From: Lingula anatina
Taxonomy: Eukaryota > Animalia > Brachiopoda
DNA: 64,000 nucleotides
Assembly (NCBI GenBank): GCA_051362555.1
Contig: CM120641.1
Coordinates: 23,752,401 to 23,816,400 of the forward strand
Direction of reading: 5' to 3'
Of the stretch, positions 50,501 to 64,000 are shown piece after piece (the first letter of the stretch is position 1; each line of letters starts with the position of its first letter). The position numbers and the translations under genes were made by a program. The notes below the pieces were generated by a model. The model ran no database searches, had not been told where the DNA came from, and worked only from the letters and a program-made list of their open reading frames with translations.

Positions 50501-53500
50501 AAAATTGAAGAAAACTGCCATATCCGGACCTTACGAAAATCACTCAAAATCAACCAAAAATGACCCGTCACCAATTTTTCCAAAAAGTGATGAAAATCAA
50601 TTTACCACACCTATCATTCATAAAAAATGTGGAAACGTGCCCAGATAACTTCATTAAAGCCCCCAATTTCAGCTTTAAAGATTGCAAGAAAGCACACCTG
50701 AGAACAGGATTTGGAGAGGGGGGGGGTGGAGAGAGTTTTTGCTCTATTTCTTCCTTAATAATGATACAACCACTCTTTCAGTACTTTACCCTCACTACAA
50801 ATGACCAAACACACCTACCTGACACAATATTGAAGAAAAAAAATTTTCATCCCTACCTGGCCAAAATTGAAGAAAACTGCCATATCCGGACCTTACAAAA
50901 ATCACTCAAAATCACCCAAAAATGACCCGTCACCAATTTTTCCAAAAAGTGATGAAAATCAATTTACCACACCTATCATTCATAAAAAATGTGGAAACGA
51001 GCCCGGATCACTTCATTAAAGCCCCCAATTTCAGCTTTAAAGATTGCAAGAAAGCACACCTGAGAACAGGATTTGGAGAGGGGGGGGTGGAGAGAGTTTT
51101 TGCTCTATTTCTTCCTTAATAATGATACAACCACTCTTTCAGTACTTTACCCTCACTACAAATGACCAAACACACCTACCTGACACAATATTGAAGAAAA
51201 AAATTTTTCATCCCTACCTGGCCAAAATTGAAGAAAACTGCCATATCCGGACCTTACGAAAATCACTCAAATTCACCCAAAAATGACCCGTCACCAATTT
51301 TTCCAAAAAGTGATGAAAATCAATTTACCACACCTATCATTCATAAAAAATGTGGAAACGCGCCCGGATCACTACATTAAAGCCCCCAATTTCAGCTTTA
51401 AAGATTGCAAGAAAGCACACCTGAGAACAGGATTTGGAGAGGGGGGGGTGGAGAGAGTTTTTGCTCTATTTCTTCCTTAATAATGATACAACCACTCTTT
51501 CAGTACTTTACCCTCACTACAAATGACCAAACACACCTACCTGACACAATATTGAAGAAAAAAAATTTTCATCCCTACCTGGCCAAAATTGAAGAAAACT
51601 GCCATATCCGGACCTTACGAAAATCACTCAAAATCACCCAAAAATGACCCGTCACAAATATTTCCAAAAAGTGATGAAAATCAATTTACCACACCTATCA
51701 TTCATAAAAAATGTGGAAACGCGCCCGGATCACTTCATTAAAGCCCCCAATTTCAGCTTTAAAGATTGCCAGAAAGCACACCTGAGAACAGGATTTGGAG
51801 AGTGGGGGGGTGGAGAGAGTTTTTGCTCTATTTCTTCCTTACTAATGATACAACCACTCTTTCAGTACTTTACCCTCACTACAAATGACCAAACACACCT
51901 ACCTGACACAATATTGAAGAAAAACATTTTTCATCCCTACCTGGCCAAAATTGAAGAAAACTGCCATATCCGGACGTTATGAAAATCACTCAAAATCACC
52001 GAAAAATGACCCGTCACAAATTTTTCCAAAAAGTTATGAAAATCAATTTACCACACCTATCATTCATAAAAAATGTGGAAACGCGCCCGGATCACTTCAT
52101 TAAAGCCCCCAATTTCAGCTTTAAAGATTGCCAGAAAGCACACCTGAGAACAGGATTTGGAGAGGGGGGGGTGGAGAGAGTTTTTGCTCTATTTCTTCCT
52201 TAATAATGATACAACCACTCTTTCAGTACTTTACCCTCACTACAAATGACCAAACACACCTACCTGACACAATATTGAAGAAAAAAATTTTTCATCCCTA
52301 CCTGGCCAAAATTGAAGAAAACTGCCATATCCGGACCTTACGAAAATCACTCAAAATCAACCAAAAATGACCCGTCACCAATTTTTCCAAAAAGTGATGA
52401 AAATCAATTTACCACACCTATCATTCATAAAAAATGTGGAAACGTGCCCAGATAACTTCATTAAAGCCCCCAATTTCAGCTTTAAAGATTGCAAGAAAGC
52501 ACACCTGAGAACAGGATTTGGAGAGGGGGGGGGTGGAGAGAGTTTTTGCTCTATTTCTTCCTTAATAATGATACAACCACTCTTTCAGTACTTTACCCTC
52601 ACTACAAATGACCAAACACACCTACCTGACACAATATTGAAGAAAAAAAATTTTCATCCCTACCTGGCCAAAATTGAAGAAAACTGCCATATCCGGACCT
52701 TACAAAAATCACTCAAAATCACCCAAAAATGACCCGTCACCAATTTTTCCAAAAAGTGATGAAAATCAATTTACCACACCTATCATTCATAAAAAATGTG
52801 GAAACGAGCCCGGATCACTTCATTAAAGCCCCCAATTTCAGCTTTAAAGATTGCAAGAAAGCACACCTGAGAACAGGATTTGGAGAGGGGGGGGTGGAGA
52901 GAGTTTTTGCTCTATTTCTTCCTTAATAATGATACAACCACTCTTTCAGTACTTTACCCTCACTACAAATGACCAAACACACCTACCTGACACAATATTG
53001 AAGAAAAAAATTTTTCATCCCTACCTGGCCAAAATTGAAGAAAACTGCCATATCCGGACCTTACGAAAATCACTCAAATTCACCCAAAAATGACCCGTCA
53101 CCAATTTTTCCAAAAAGTGATGAAAATCAATTTACCACACCTATCATTCATAAAAAATGTGGAAACGCGCCCGGATCACTACATTAAAGCCCCCAATTTC
53201 AGCTTTAAAGATTGCAAGAAAGCACACCTGAGAACAGGATTTGGAGAGGGGGGGGTGGAGAGAGTTTTTGCTCTATTTCTTCCTTAATAATGATACAACC
53301 ACTCTTTCAGTACTTTACCCTCACTACAAATGACCAAACACACCTACCTGACACAATATTGAAGAAAAAAAATTTTCATCCCTACCTGGCCAAAATTGAA
53401 GAAAACTGCCATATCCGGACCTTACGAAAATCACTCAAAATCACCCAAAAATGACCCGTCACAAATATTTCCAAAAAGTGATGAAAATCAATTTACCACA

Positions 53501-56500
53501 CCTATCATTCATAAAAAATGTGGAAACGCGCCCGGATCACTTCATTAAAGCCCCCAATTTCAGCTTTAAAGATTGCCAGAAAGCACACCTGAGAACAGGA
53601 TTTGGAGAGTGGGGGGGTGGAGAGAGTTTTTGCTCTATTTCTTCCTTACTAATGATACAACCACTCTTTCAGTACTTTACCCTCACTACAAATGACCAAA
53701 CACACCTACCTGACACAATATTGAAGAAAAACATTTTTCATCCCTACCTGGCCAAAATTGAAGAAAACTGCCATATCCGGACGTTACGAAAATCACTCAA
53801 AATCACCGAAAAATGACCCGTCACAAATTTTTCCAAAAAGTTATGAAAATCAATTTACCACACCTATCATTCATAAAAAATGTGGAAACGCGCCCGGATC
53901 ACTTCATTAAAGCCCCCAATTTCAGCTTTAAAGATTGCCAGAAAGCACACCTGAGAACAGGATTTGGAGAGGGGGGGGTGGAGAGAGTTTTTGCTCTATT
54001 TCTTCCTTAATAAAGATAAAACCACTCTTTCAGTACTTTACCCTCACTACAAATGACCAAACACACCTACCTGACACAATATTGAAGAAAAAAAAATTTT
54101 CATCCCTACCTGGCCAAAATTGAAGAAAACTGCCATATCAGGACCTTACAAAAATCACTCAAAATCACCCAAAAATGACCCGTCACCAATTTTTCCAAAA
54201 AGTGATGAAAATCAATTTACCACACCTATCATTCATAAAAAATGTGGAAACGCACCCGGATCACTTCATTAAAGCCCCCAATTTCAGCTTTAAAGATTGC
54301 CAGAAAGCACACCTGAGAACAGGATTTGGAGAGTGGGGGGGTGGAGAGAGTTTTTGCTCTATTTCTTCCTTACTAATGATACAACCACTCTTTCAGTACT
54401 TTACCCTCACTACAAATGACCAAACACACCTACCTGACACAATATTGAAGAAAAAAAATTTTCATCCCTACCTGGCCAAAATTGAAGAAAACTGCCATAT
54501 CCGGACCTTACGAAAATCACTCAAATTCACCCAAAAATGACCCGTCACCAATTTTTCCAAAAAGTGATGAAAATCAATTTACCACACCTATCATTCATAA
54601 AAAATGTGGAAACGCGCCCGGATCACTACATTAAAGCCCCCAATTTCAGCTTTAAAGATTGCAAGAAAGCACACCTGAGAACAGGATTTGGAGAGGGGGG
54701 GTGGAGAGAGTTTTTGCTCTATTTCTTCCTTAATAATGATACAACCACTCTTTCAGTACTTTACCCTCACTACAAATGACCAAACACACCTACCTGACAC
54801 AATATTGAAGAAAAAAAATTTTCATCCCTACCTGGCCAAAATTGAAGAAAACTGCCATATCCGGACCTTACGAAAATCACTCAAAATCACCCAAAAATGA
54901 CCCGTCACCAATTTTTCCAAAAAGTGATGAAAATCAATTTACCACACCTATCATTCATAAGAAATGTGGAAACGTGCCAGATAACTTCATTAAAGCCCCC
55001 AATTTCAGCTTTAAAGATTGCCAGAAAGCACACCTGAGAACAGGATTTGGAGAGGGGGGGGGGGTGGAGAAAGATTTTGCTCTATTTCTTCCTTAATAAT
55101 GATACAACCACTCTTTCAGTACCTTACCCTCACTACAAATGACCAAACACACCTACCTGACACAATATTGAAGAAAAAAAATTTTCATCCCTACCTGGCC
55201 AAAATTGAAGAAAACTGCAAAACCCAGACCTTACGAAAATCACTCAAAATCACCCAAAAATGACCCGTCACAAATTTTTCCAAAAAGTTATGAAAATCAA
55301 TTAACCACACCTATCATTCATAAAAAATGTGGAAACGCGCCCGGATCACTACATTAAAGCCCCCAATTTCAGCTTTAAAGATTGCAAGAAAGCACACCTG
55401 AGAACAGGATTTGGAGAGGGGGGGGTGGAGAGAGTTTTTGCTCTATTTCTTCCTTAATAATGATACAACCACTCTTTCAGTACTTTACCCTCACTACAAA
55501 TGACCAAACACACCTACCTGACACAATATTGAAGAAAAAAAATTTTCATCCCTACCTGGCCAAAATTGAAGAAAACTGCCATATCCGGACCTTACGAAAA
55601 TCACTCAAAATCACCCAAAAATGACCCGTCACAAATATTTCCAAAAAGTGATGAAAATCAATTTACCACACCTATCATTCATAAAAAATGTGGAAACGCG
55701 CCCGGATCACTTCATTAAAGCCCCCAATTTCAGCTTTAAAGATTGCCAGAAAGCACACCTGAGAACAGGATTTGGAGAGTGGGGGGGTGGAGAGAGTTTT
55801 TGCTCTATTTCTTCCTTACTAATGATACAACCACTCTTTCAGTACTTTACCCTCACTACAAATGACCAAACACACCTACCTGACACAATATTGAAGAAAA
55901 ACATTTTTCATCCCTACCTGGCCAAAATTGAAGAAAACTGCCATATCCGGACGTTACGAAAATCACTCAAAATCACCCAAAAATGACCCGTCACAAATTT
56001 TTCCAAAAAGTTATGAAAATCAATTTACCACACCTATCATTCATAAAAAATGTGGAAACGCGCCCGGATCACTTCATTAAAGCCCCCAATTTCAGCTTTA
56101 AAGATTGCCAGAAAGCACACCTGAGAACAGGATTTGGAGAGGGGGGGGGGGTGGAGAGAGTTTTTGCTCTATTTCTTCCTTAATAAAGATACAACCACTC
56201 TTTCAGTACTTTACCCTCACTACAAATGACCAAACACATCTACCTGACACAATATTGAAGAAAAAAAAATTTTCATCCCTACCTGGCCAAAATTGAAGAA
56301 AACTGCCATATCCGGACCTTACAAAAATCACTCAAAATCACCCAAAAATGACCCGTCACCAATTTTTCCAAAAAGTGATGAAAATCAATTTACCACACCT
56401 ATCATTCATAAAAAATGTGGAAACGCACCCGGATCACTTCATTAAAGCCCCCAATTTCAGCTTTAAAGATTGCCAGAAAGCACACCTGAGAACAGGATTT

Positions 56501-59500
56501 GGAGAGTGGGGGGGTGGAGAGAGTTTTTGCTCTATTTCTTCCTTACTAATGATACAACCACTCTTTCAGTACTTTACCCTCACTACAAATGACCAAACAC
56601 ACCTACCTGACACAATATTGAAGAAAAAAAATTTTCATCCCTACCTGGCCAAAATTGAAGAAAACTGCCATATCCGGACCTTACGAAAATCACTCAAATT
56701 CACCCAAAAATGACCCGTCACCAATTTTTCCAAAAAGTGATGAAAATCAATTTACCACACCTATCATTCATAAAAAATGTGGAAACGCGCCCGGATCACT
56801 ACATTAAAGCCCCCAATTTCAGCTTTAAAGATTGCAAGAAAGCACACCTGAGAACAGGATTTGGAGAGGGGGGGTGGAGAGAGTTTTTGCTCTATTTCTT
56901 CCTTAATAATGATACAACCACTCTTTCAGTACTTTACCCTCACTACAAATGACCAAACACACCTACCTGACACAATATTGAAGAAAAACATTTTTCATCC
57001 CTACCTGGCCAAAATTGAAGAAAACTGCCATATCCGGACGTTACGAAAATCACTCAAAATCACCCAAAAATGACCCGTCACAAATTTTTCCAAAAAGTTA
57101 TGAAAATCAATTTACCACACCTATCATTCATAAAAAATGTGGAAACGCGCCCGGATCACTTCATTAAAGCCCCCAATTTCAGCTTTAAAGATTGCCAGAA
57201 AGCACACCTGAGAACAGGATTTGGAGAGGGGGGGGGGTGGAGAGAGTTTTTGCTCTATTTCTTCCTTAATAAAGATACAACCACTCTTTCAGTACTTTAC
57301 CCTCACTACAAATGACCAAACACACCTACCTGACACAATATTGAAGAAAAAAAAATTTTCATCCCTACCTGGCCAAAATTGAAGAAAACTGCCATATCCG
57401 GACCTTACAAAAATCACTCAAAATCACCCAAAAATGACCCGTCACCAATTTTTCCAAAAAGTGATGAAAATCAATTTACCACACCTATCATTCATAAAAA
57501 ATGTGGAAACGCACCCGGATCACTTCATTAAAGCCCCCTATTTCAGCTTTAAAGATTGCCAGAAAGCACACCTGAGAACAGGATTTGGAGAGTGGGGGGG
57601 TGGAGAGAGTTTTTGCTCTATTTCTTCCTTACTAATGATACAACCACTCTTTCAGTACTTTACCCTCACTACAAATGACCAAACACACCTACCTGACACA
57701 ATATTGAAGAAAAAAAATTTTCATCCCTACCTGGCCAAAATTGAAGAAAACTGCCATATCCGGACCTTACGAAAATCACTCAAATTCACCCAAAAATGAC
57801 CCGTCACCAATTTTTCCAAAAAGTGATGAAAATCAATTTACCACACCTATCATTCATAAAAAATGTGGAAACGCGCCCGGATCACTACATTAAAGCCCCC
57901 AATTTCAGCTTTAAAGATTGCAAGAAAGCACACCTGAGAACAGGATTTGGAGAGGGGGGGTGGAGAGAGTTTTTGCTGTATTTCTTCCTTAATAATGATA
58001 CAACCACTCTTTCAGTACTTTACCCTCACTACAAATGACCAAACACACCTACCTGACACAATATTGAAGAAAAAAAATTTTCATCCCTACCTGGCCAAAA
58101 TTGAAGAAAACTGCCATATCCGGACCTTACGAAAATCACTCAAAATCACCCAAAAATGACCCGTCACCAATTTTTCCAAAAAGTGATGAAAATCAATTTA
58201 CCACACCTATCATTCATAAAAAATGTGGAAACGTGCCCAGATAACTTCATTAAAGCCCCCAATTTCAGCTTTAAAGATTGCCAGAAAGCACACCTGAGAA
58301 CAGGATTTGGAGAGGGGGGGTGGAGAAAGATTTTGCTCTATTTCTTCCTTAATAATGATACAACCACTCTTTCAGTACCTTACCCTCACTACAAATGACC
58401 AAACACACCTACCTGACACAATATTGAAGAAAAAAAATTTTCATCCCTACCTGGCCAAAATTGAAGAAAACTGCCAAACCCGGACCTTACGAAAATCACT
58501 CAAAATCACCCAAAAATGACCCGTCACAAATTTTTCCAAAAAGTTATGAAAATCAATTAACCACACCTATCATTCATAAAAAATGTGGAAACGCGCCCGG
58601 ATCACTACATTAAAGCCCCCAATTTCAGCTTTAAAGATTGCAAGAAAGCACACCTGAGAACAGGATTTGGAGAGGGGGGGGTGGAGAGAGTTTTTGCTCT
58701 ATTTCTTCCTTAATAATGATACAACCACTCTTTCAGTACTTTACCCTCACTACAAATGACCAAACACACCTACCTGACACAATATTGAAGAAAAAAAATT
58801 TTCATCCCTACCTGGCCAAAATTGAAGAAAACTGCCATATCCGGACCTTACGAAAATCACTCAAAATCACCCAAAAATGACCCGTCACAAATATTTCCAA
58901 AAAGTGATGAAAATCAATTTACCACACCTATCATTCATAAAAAATGTGGAAACGCGCCCGGATCACTTCATTAAAGCCCCCAATTTCAGCTTTAAAGATT
59001 GCCAGAAAGCACACCTGAGAACAGGATTTGGAGAGTGGGGGGGTGGAGAGAGTTTTTGCTCTATTTCTTCCTTACTAATGATACAACCACTCTTTCAGTA
59101 CTTTACCCTCACTACAAATGACCAAACACACCTACCTGACACAATATTGAAGAAAAACATTTTTCATCCCTACCTGGCCAAAATTGAAGAAAACTGCCAT
59201 ATCCGGACGTTACGAAAATCACTCAAAATCACCCAAAAATGACCCGTCACAAATTTTTCCAAAAAGTTATGAAAATCAATTTACCACACCTATCATTCAT
59301 AAAAAATGTGGAAACGCGCCCGGATCACTTCATTAAAGCCCCCAATTTCAGCTTTAAAGATTGCCAGAAAGCACACCTGAGAACAGGATTTGGAGAGGGG
59401 GGGGGGTGGAGAGAGTTTTTGCTCTATTTCTTCCTTAATAAAGATACAACCACTCTTTCAGTACTTTACCCTCACTACAAATGACCAAACACATCTACCT

Positions 59501-62500
59501 GACACAATATTGAAGAAAAAAAAATTTTCATCCCTACCTGGCCAAAATTGAAGAAAACTGCCATATCCGGACCTTACAAAAATCACTCAAAATCACCCAA
59601 AAATGACCCGTCACCAATTTTTCCAAAAGGTGATGAAAATCAATTTACCACACCTATCATTCATAAAAAATGTGGAAACGCACCCGGATCACTTCATTAA
59701 AGCCCCCAATTTCAGCTTTAAAGATTGCCAGAAAGCACACCTGAGAACAGGATTTGGAGAGTGGGGGGGTGGAGAGAGTTTTTGCTCTATTTCTTCCTTA
59801 CTAATGATACAACCACTCTTTCAGTACTTTAGCCTCACTAAAAATGACCAAACACACCTACCTGACACAATATTGAAGAAAAAAAATTTTCATCCCTACC
59901 TGGCCAAAATTGAAGAAAACTGCCATATCCGGACCTTACGAAAATCACTCAAATTCACCCAAAAATGACCCGTCACCAATTTTTCCAAAAAGTGATGAAA
60001 ATCAATTTAACACACCTATCATTCATAAAAAATGTGGAAACGCGCCCGGATCACTACACTAAAGCCCCCAATTTCAGCTTTAAAGATTGCAAGAAAGCAC
60101 ACCTGAGAACAGGATTTGGAGAGGGGGGGTGGAGAGAGTTTTTGCTCTATTTCTTCCTTAATAATGATACAACCACTCTTTCAGTACTTTACCCTCACTA
60201 CAAATGACCAAACACACCTACCTGACACAATATTGAAGAAAAAAAATTTTCATCCCTACCTGGCCAAAATTGAAGAAAACTGCCATATCCGGACCTTACG
60301 AAAATCACTCAAAATCACCCAAAAATGACCCGTCACCAATTTTTCCAAAAAGTGATGAAAATCAATTTACCACACCTATCATTCATAAAAAATGTGGAAA
60401 CGTGCCCAGATAACTTCATTAAAGCCCCCAATTTCAGCTTTAAAGATTGCCAGAAAGCACACCTGAGAACAGGATTTGGAGAGTGGGGGGGTGGAGAGAG
60501 TTTTTGCTCTATTTCTTCCTTACTAATGATACAACCACTCTTTCAGTACTTTACCCTCACTACAAATGACCAAACACACCTACCTGACACAATATTGAAG
60601 AAAAACATTTTTCATCCCTACCTGGCCAAAATTGAAGAAAACTGCCATATCCGGACATTACGAAAATCACTCAAAATCACCCAAAAATGACCCGTCACAA
60701 ATTTTTCCAAAAAGTTATGAAAATCAATTTACCACACCTATCATTCATAAAAAATGTGGAAACGTGCCCGGATCACTTCATTAAAGCCCCCAATTTCAGC
60801 TTTAAAGATTGCCAGAAAGCACACCTGAGAACAGGATTAGGAGAGGGGGGGGGGTGGAGAGAGTTTTTGCTCTATTTCTTCCTTAATAAAGATACAACCA
60901 CTATTTCAGTACTTTACCCTCACTACAAATGACCAAACACACCTACCTGACACAATATTGAAGAAAAAAAATTTTCATCCCTACCTGGCCAAAATTGAAG
61001 AAAACTGCCATATCCGGACCTTACAAAAATCACTCAAAATCACCCAAAAATGACCCATCACCAATTTTTCCAAAAAGTGATGAAAATCAATTTACCACAC
61101 CTATCATTCATAAAAAATGTGGAAACGCACCCGGATCACTTCATTAAAGCCCCCAATTTCAGCTTTAAAGATTGCCAGAAAGCACACCTGAGAACAGGAT
61201 TTGGAGAGTGGGGGGGTGGAGAGAGTTTTTGCTCTATTTCTTCCTTACTAATGATACAACCACTCTTTCAGTACTTTACCCTCACTACAAATAACCAAAC
61301 ACACCTACCTGACACAATATTGAAGAAAAACATTTTTCATCCCTACCTGGCCAAAATTGAAGAAAACTGCCATATCCAGACCTTACGAAAATCACTCAAA
61401 TTCAACCAAAAATGACCCGTCACCAATTTTTCCAAAAAGTGATGAAAATCAATTTACCACACCTATCATTCATAAAAAATGTGGAAACGCGCCCGGATCA
61501 CTACATTAAAGCCCCCAATTTCAGCTTTAAAGATTGCAAAAAAGCACACCTGAGAACAGGATTTGGAGAGGGGGGGGGGTGGAGAGAGTTTTTGCTCTAT
61601 TTCTTCCTTAATAATGATACAACCACTCTTTCAGTACTTTACCCTCACTACAAATGACCAAACACACCTACCTGACACAATATTGAAGAAAAAAAATTTT
61701 CATCCCTACCTGGCCAAAATTGAAGAAAACTGCCATATCCGGACCTTACGAAAATCACTCAAAATCAACCAAAAATGACCCGTCACCAATTTTTCCAAAA
61801 AGTGATGAAAATCAATTTACCACACCTATCATTCATAAAAAATGTGGAAACGTGCCCAGATAACTTCATTAAAGCCCCCAATTTCAGCTTTAAAGATTGC
61901 AAGAAAGCACACCTGAGAACAGGATTTGGAGAGGGGGGGGGTGGAGAGAGTTTTTGCTCTATTTCTTCCTTAATAATGATACAACCACTCTTTCAGTACT
62001 TTACCCTCACTACAAATGACCAAACACACCTACCTGACACAATATTGAAGAAAAAAAATTTTCATCCCTACCTGGCCAAAATTGAAGAAAACTGCCATAT
62101 CCGGACCTTACAAAAATCACTCAAAATCACCCAAAAATGACCCGTCACCAATTTTTCCAAAAAGTGATGAAAATCAATTTACCACACCTATCATTCATAA
62201 AAAATGTGGAAACGAGCCCGGATCACTTCATTAAAGCCCCCAATTTCAGCTTTAAAGATTGCCAGAAAGCACACCTGAGAACAGGATTTGGAGAGGGGGG
62301 GGGGTGGAGAGAGTTTTTGCTCTATTTCTTCCTTAATAAAGATACAACCACTCTTTCAGTACTTTACCCTCACTACAAATGACCAAACACACCTACCTGA
62401 CACAATATTGAAGAAAAAAAATTTTCATCCCTACCTGGCCAAAATTGAAGAAAACTGCCTTACAAAAATCACTCAAAATCACCCAAAAATGACCCGTCAC

Positions 62501-64000
62501 CAATTTTTCCAAAAAGTGATGAAAATCAATTTACCACACCTATCATTCATAAAAAATGTGGAAACGCACCCGGATCACTTCATTAAAGCCCCCAATTTCA
62601 GCTTTAAAGATTGCCAGAAAGCACACCTGAGAACAGGATTTGGAGAGTGGGGGGGTGGAGAGAGTTTTTGCTCTATTTCTTCCTTACTAATGATACAACC
62701 ACTCTTTCAGTACTTTACCCTCACTACAAATGACCAAACACACCTACCTGACACAATATTGAAGAAAAAAAATTTTCATCCCTACCTGGCCAAAATTGAA
62801 GAAAACTGCCATATCCGGACCTTACGAAAATCACTCAAATTCACCCAAAAATGACCCGTCACCAATTTTTCCAAAAAGTGATGAAAATCAATTTACCACA
62901 CCTATCATTCATAAAAAATGTGGAAACGCGCCCGGATCACTACATTAAAGCCCCCAATTTCAGCTTTAAAGATTGCAAGAAAGCACACCTGAGAACAGGA
63001 TTTGGAGAGGGGGGGGTGGAGAGAGTTTTTGCTCTATTTCTTCCTTAATAATGATACAACCACTCTTTCAGTACTTTACCCTCACTACAAATGACCAAAC
63101 ACACCTACCTGACACAATATTGAAGAAAAAAAATTTTCATCCCTACCTGGCCAAAATTGAAGAAAACTGCCATATCCGGACCTTACGAAAATCACTCAAA
63201 ATCAACCAAAAATGACCCGTCACCAATTTTTCCAAAAAGTGATGAAAATCAATTTACCACACCTATCATTCATAAAAAATGTGGAAACGTGCCCAGATAA
63301 CTTCATTAAAGCCCCCAATTTCAGCTTTAAAGATTGCCAGAAAGCACACCTGAGAACAGGATTTGGAGAGGGGGGGGGGTGGAGAAAGATTTTGCTCTAT
63401 TTCTTCCTTAATAATGATACAACCACTCTTTCAGTACCTTACCCTCACTACAAATGACCAAACACACCTACCTGACACAATATTGAGGAAAAAAATTTTT
63501 CATCCCTACCTGGCCAAAATTGAAGAAAACTGCCAAACCCGGACCTTACGAAAATCACTCAAAATCACCCAAAAATGACCCGTCACAAATTTTTCCAAAA
63601 AGTGATGAAAATCAATTTACCACACCTATCATTCATAAAAAATGTGGAAACGCACCCGGATCACTTCATTAAAGCCCCCAATTTCAGCTTTAAAGATTGC
63701 CAGAAAGCACACCTGAGAACAGGATTTGGAGAGTGGGGGGATGGAGAGAGTTTTTGCTCTATTTCTTCCTTACTAATGATACAACCACTCTTTCAGTACT
63801 TTACCCTCACTACAAATGACCAAACACACCTACCTGACACAATATTGAAGAAAAAAATTTTTCATCCCTACCTGGCCAAAATTGAAGAAAACTGCCATAT
63901 CCGGACCTTACGAAAATCACTCAAATTCACCCAAAAATGACCCGTCACCAATTTTTCCAAAAAGTGATGAAAATCAATTTACCACACCTATCATTCATAA
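14552..64000. repeat. Tandem satellite DNA array, ~362-bp monomer, ~136 copies, runs off the window end
   Basis: Head-to-tail monomer (TGGAGAGAGTTTTTGCTCTATTTCTTCC...GAGAACAGGATTTGGAGAG(G)n) recurring every ~360-368 bp. Copies differ at about 15 recurrent diagnostic sites and in homopolymer lengths. I saw no inversions or unrelated insertions. Confidence 0.98.

Noticed and set aside
14552-64000. CRISPR array or tandem protein-coding gene cluster
   Set aside because: Whole ~362-bp units repeat with no unique spacers, no cas genes and a eukaryotic context. The ~190 ORF calls are translations of one monomer, frameshifted by homopolymers, with no recognisable domain, so they are not annotated as CDS.
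14552-64000. Tandem RNA-gene array (5S rRNA, tRNA, snRNA, SL RNA)
   Set aside because: I recognise no 5S, tRNA cloverleaf, A/B-box or snRNA sequence in the monomer on either strand; an Rfam search would be the formal test.

Overview
AT-rich eukaryotic (metazoan) genomic DNA with short GT-AG introns; a bivalve or other invertebrate is my guess, not established. Bases 1-14.5 kb hold two head-to-head genes sharing a ~250-bp promoter. The minus-strand gene encodes an hnRNP A/B-D (squid-like) RNA-binding protein: 9 coding exons, ~351 aa, two RRMs, RGG and Gly/Tyr-rich tail, PY-type C-terminus. The plus-strand gene encodes a ~928-aa multi-EF-hand protein (15 coding exons) built from eight alternating A/B units, i.e. 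four ~230-aa super-repeats, resembling the 4-repeat CFAP115-type ciliary microtubule inner protein, with an RFX X-box-like site upstream. One of its introns carries a young 546-bp MITE with 154-bp terminal inverted repeats and a TAT target-site duplication. From 14552 to the window end (>=49.4 kb) lies a very homogeneous head-to-tail ~362-bp satellite array (~136 copies) with nested higher-order duplications, a slipping poly-G tract, a CENP-B-box-like motif and a monomer-spanning ORF with ATGA stop/start overlap. Exon boundaries were derived by hand from frame continuity; family assignments rest on motif recognition, not database searches.
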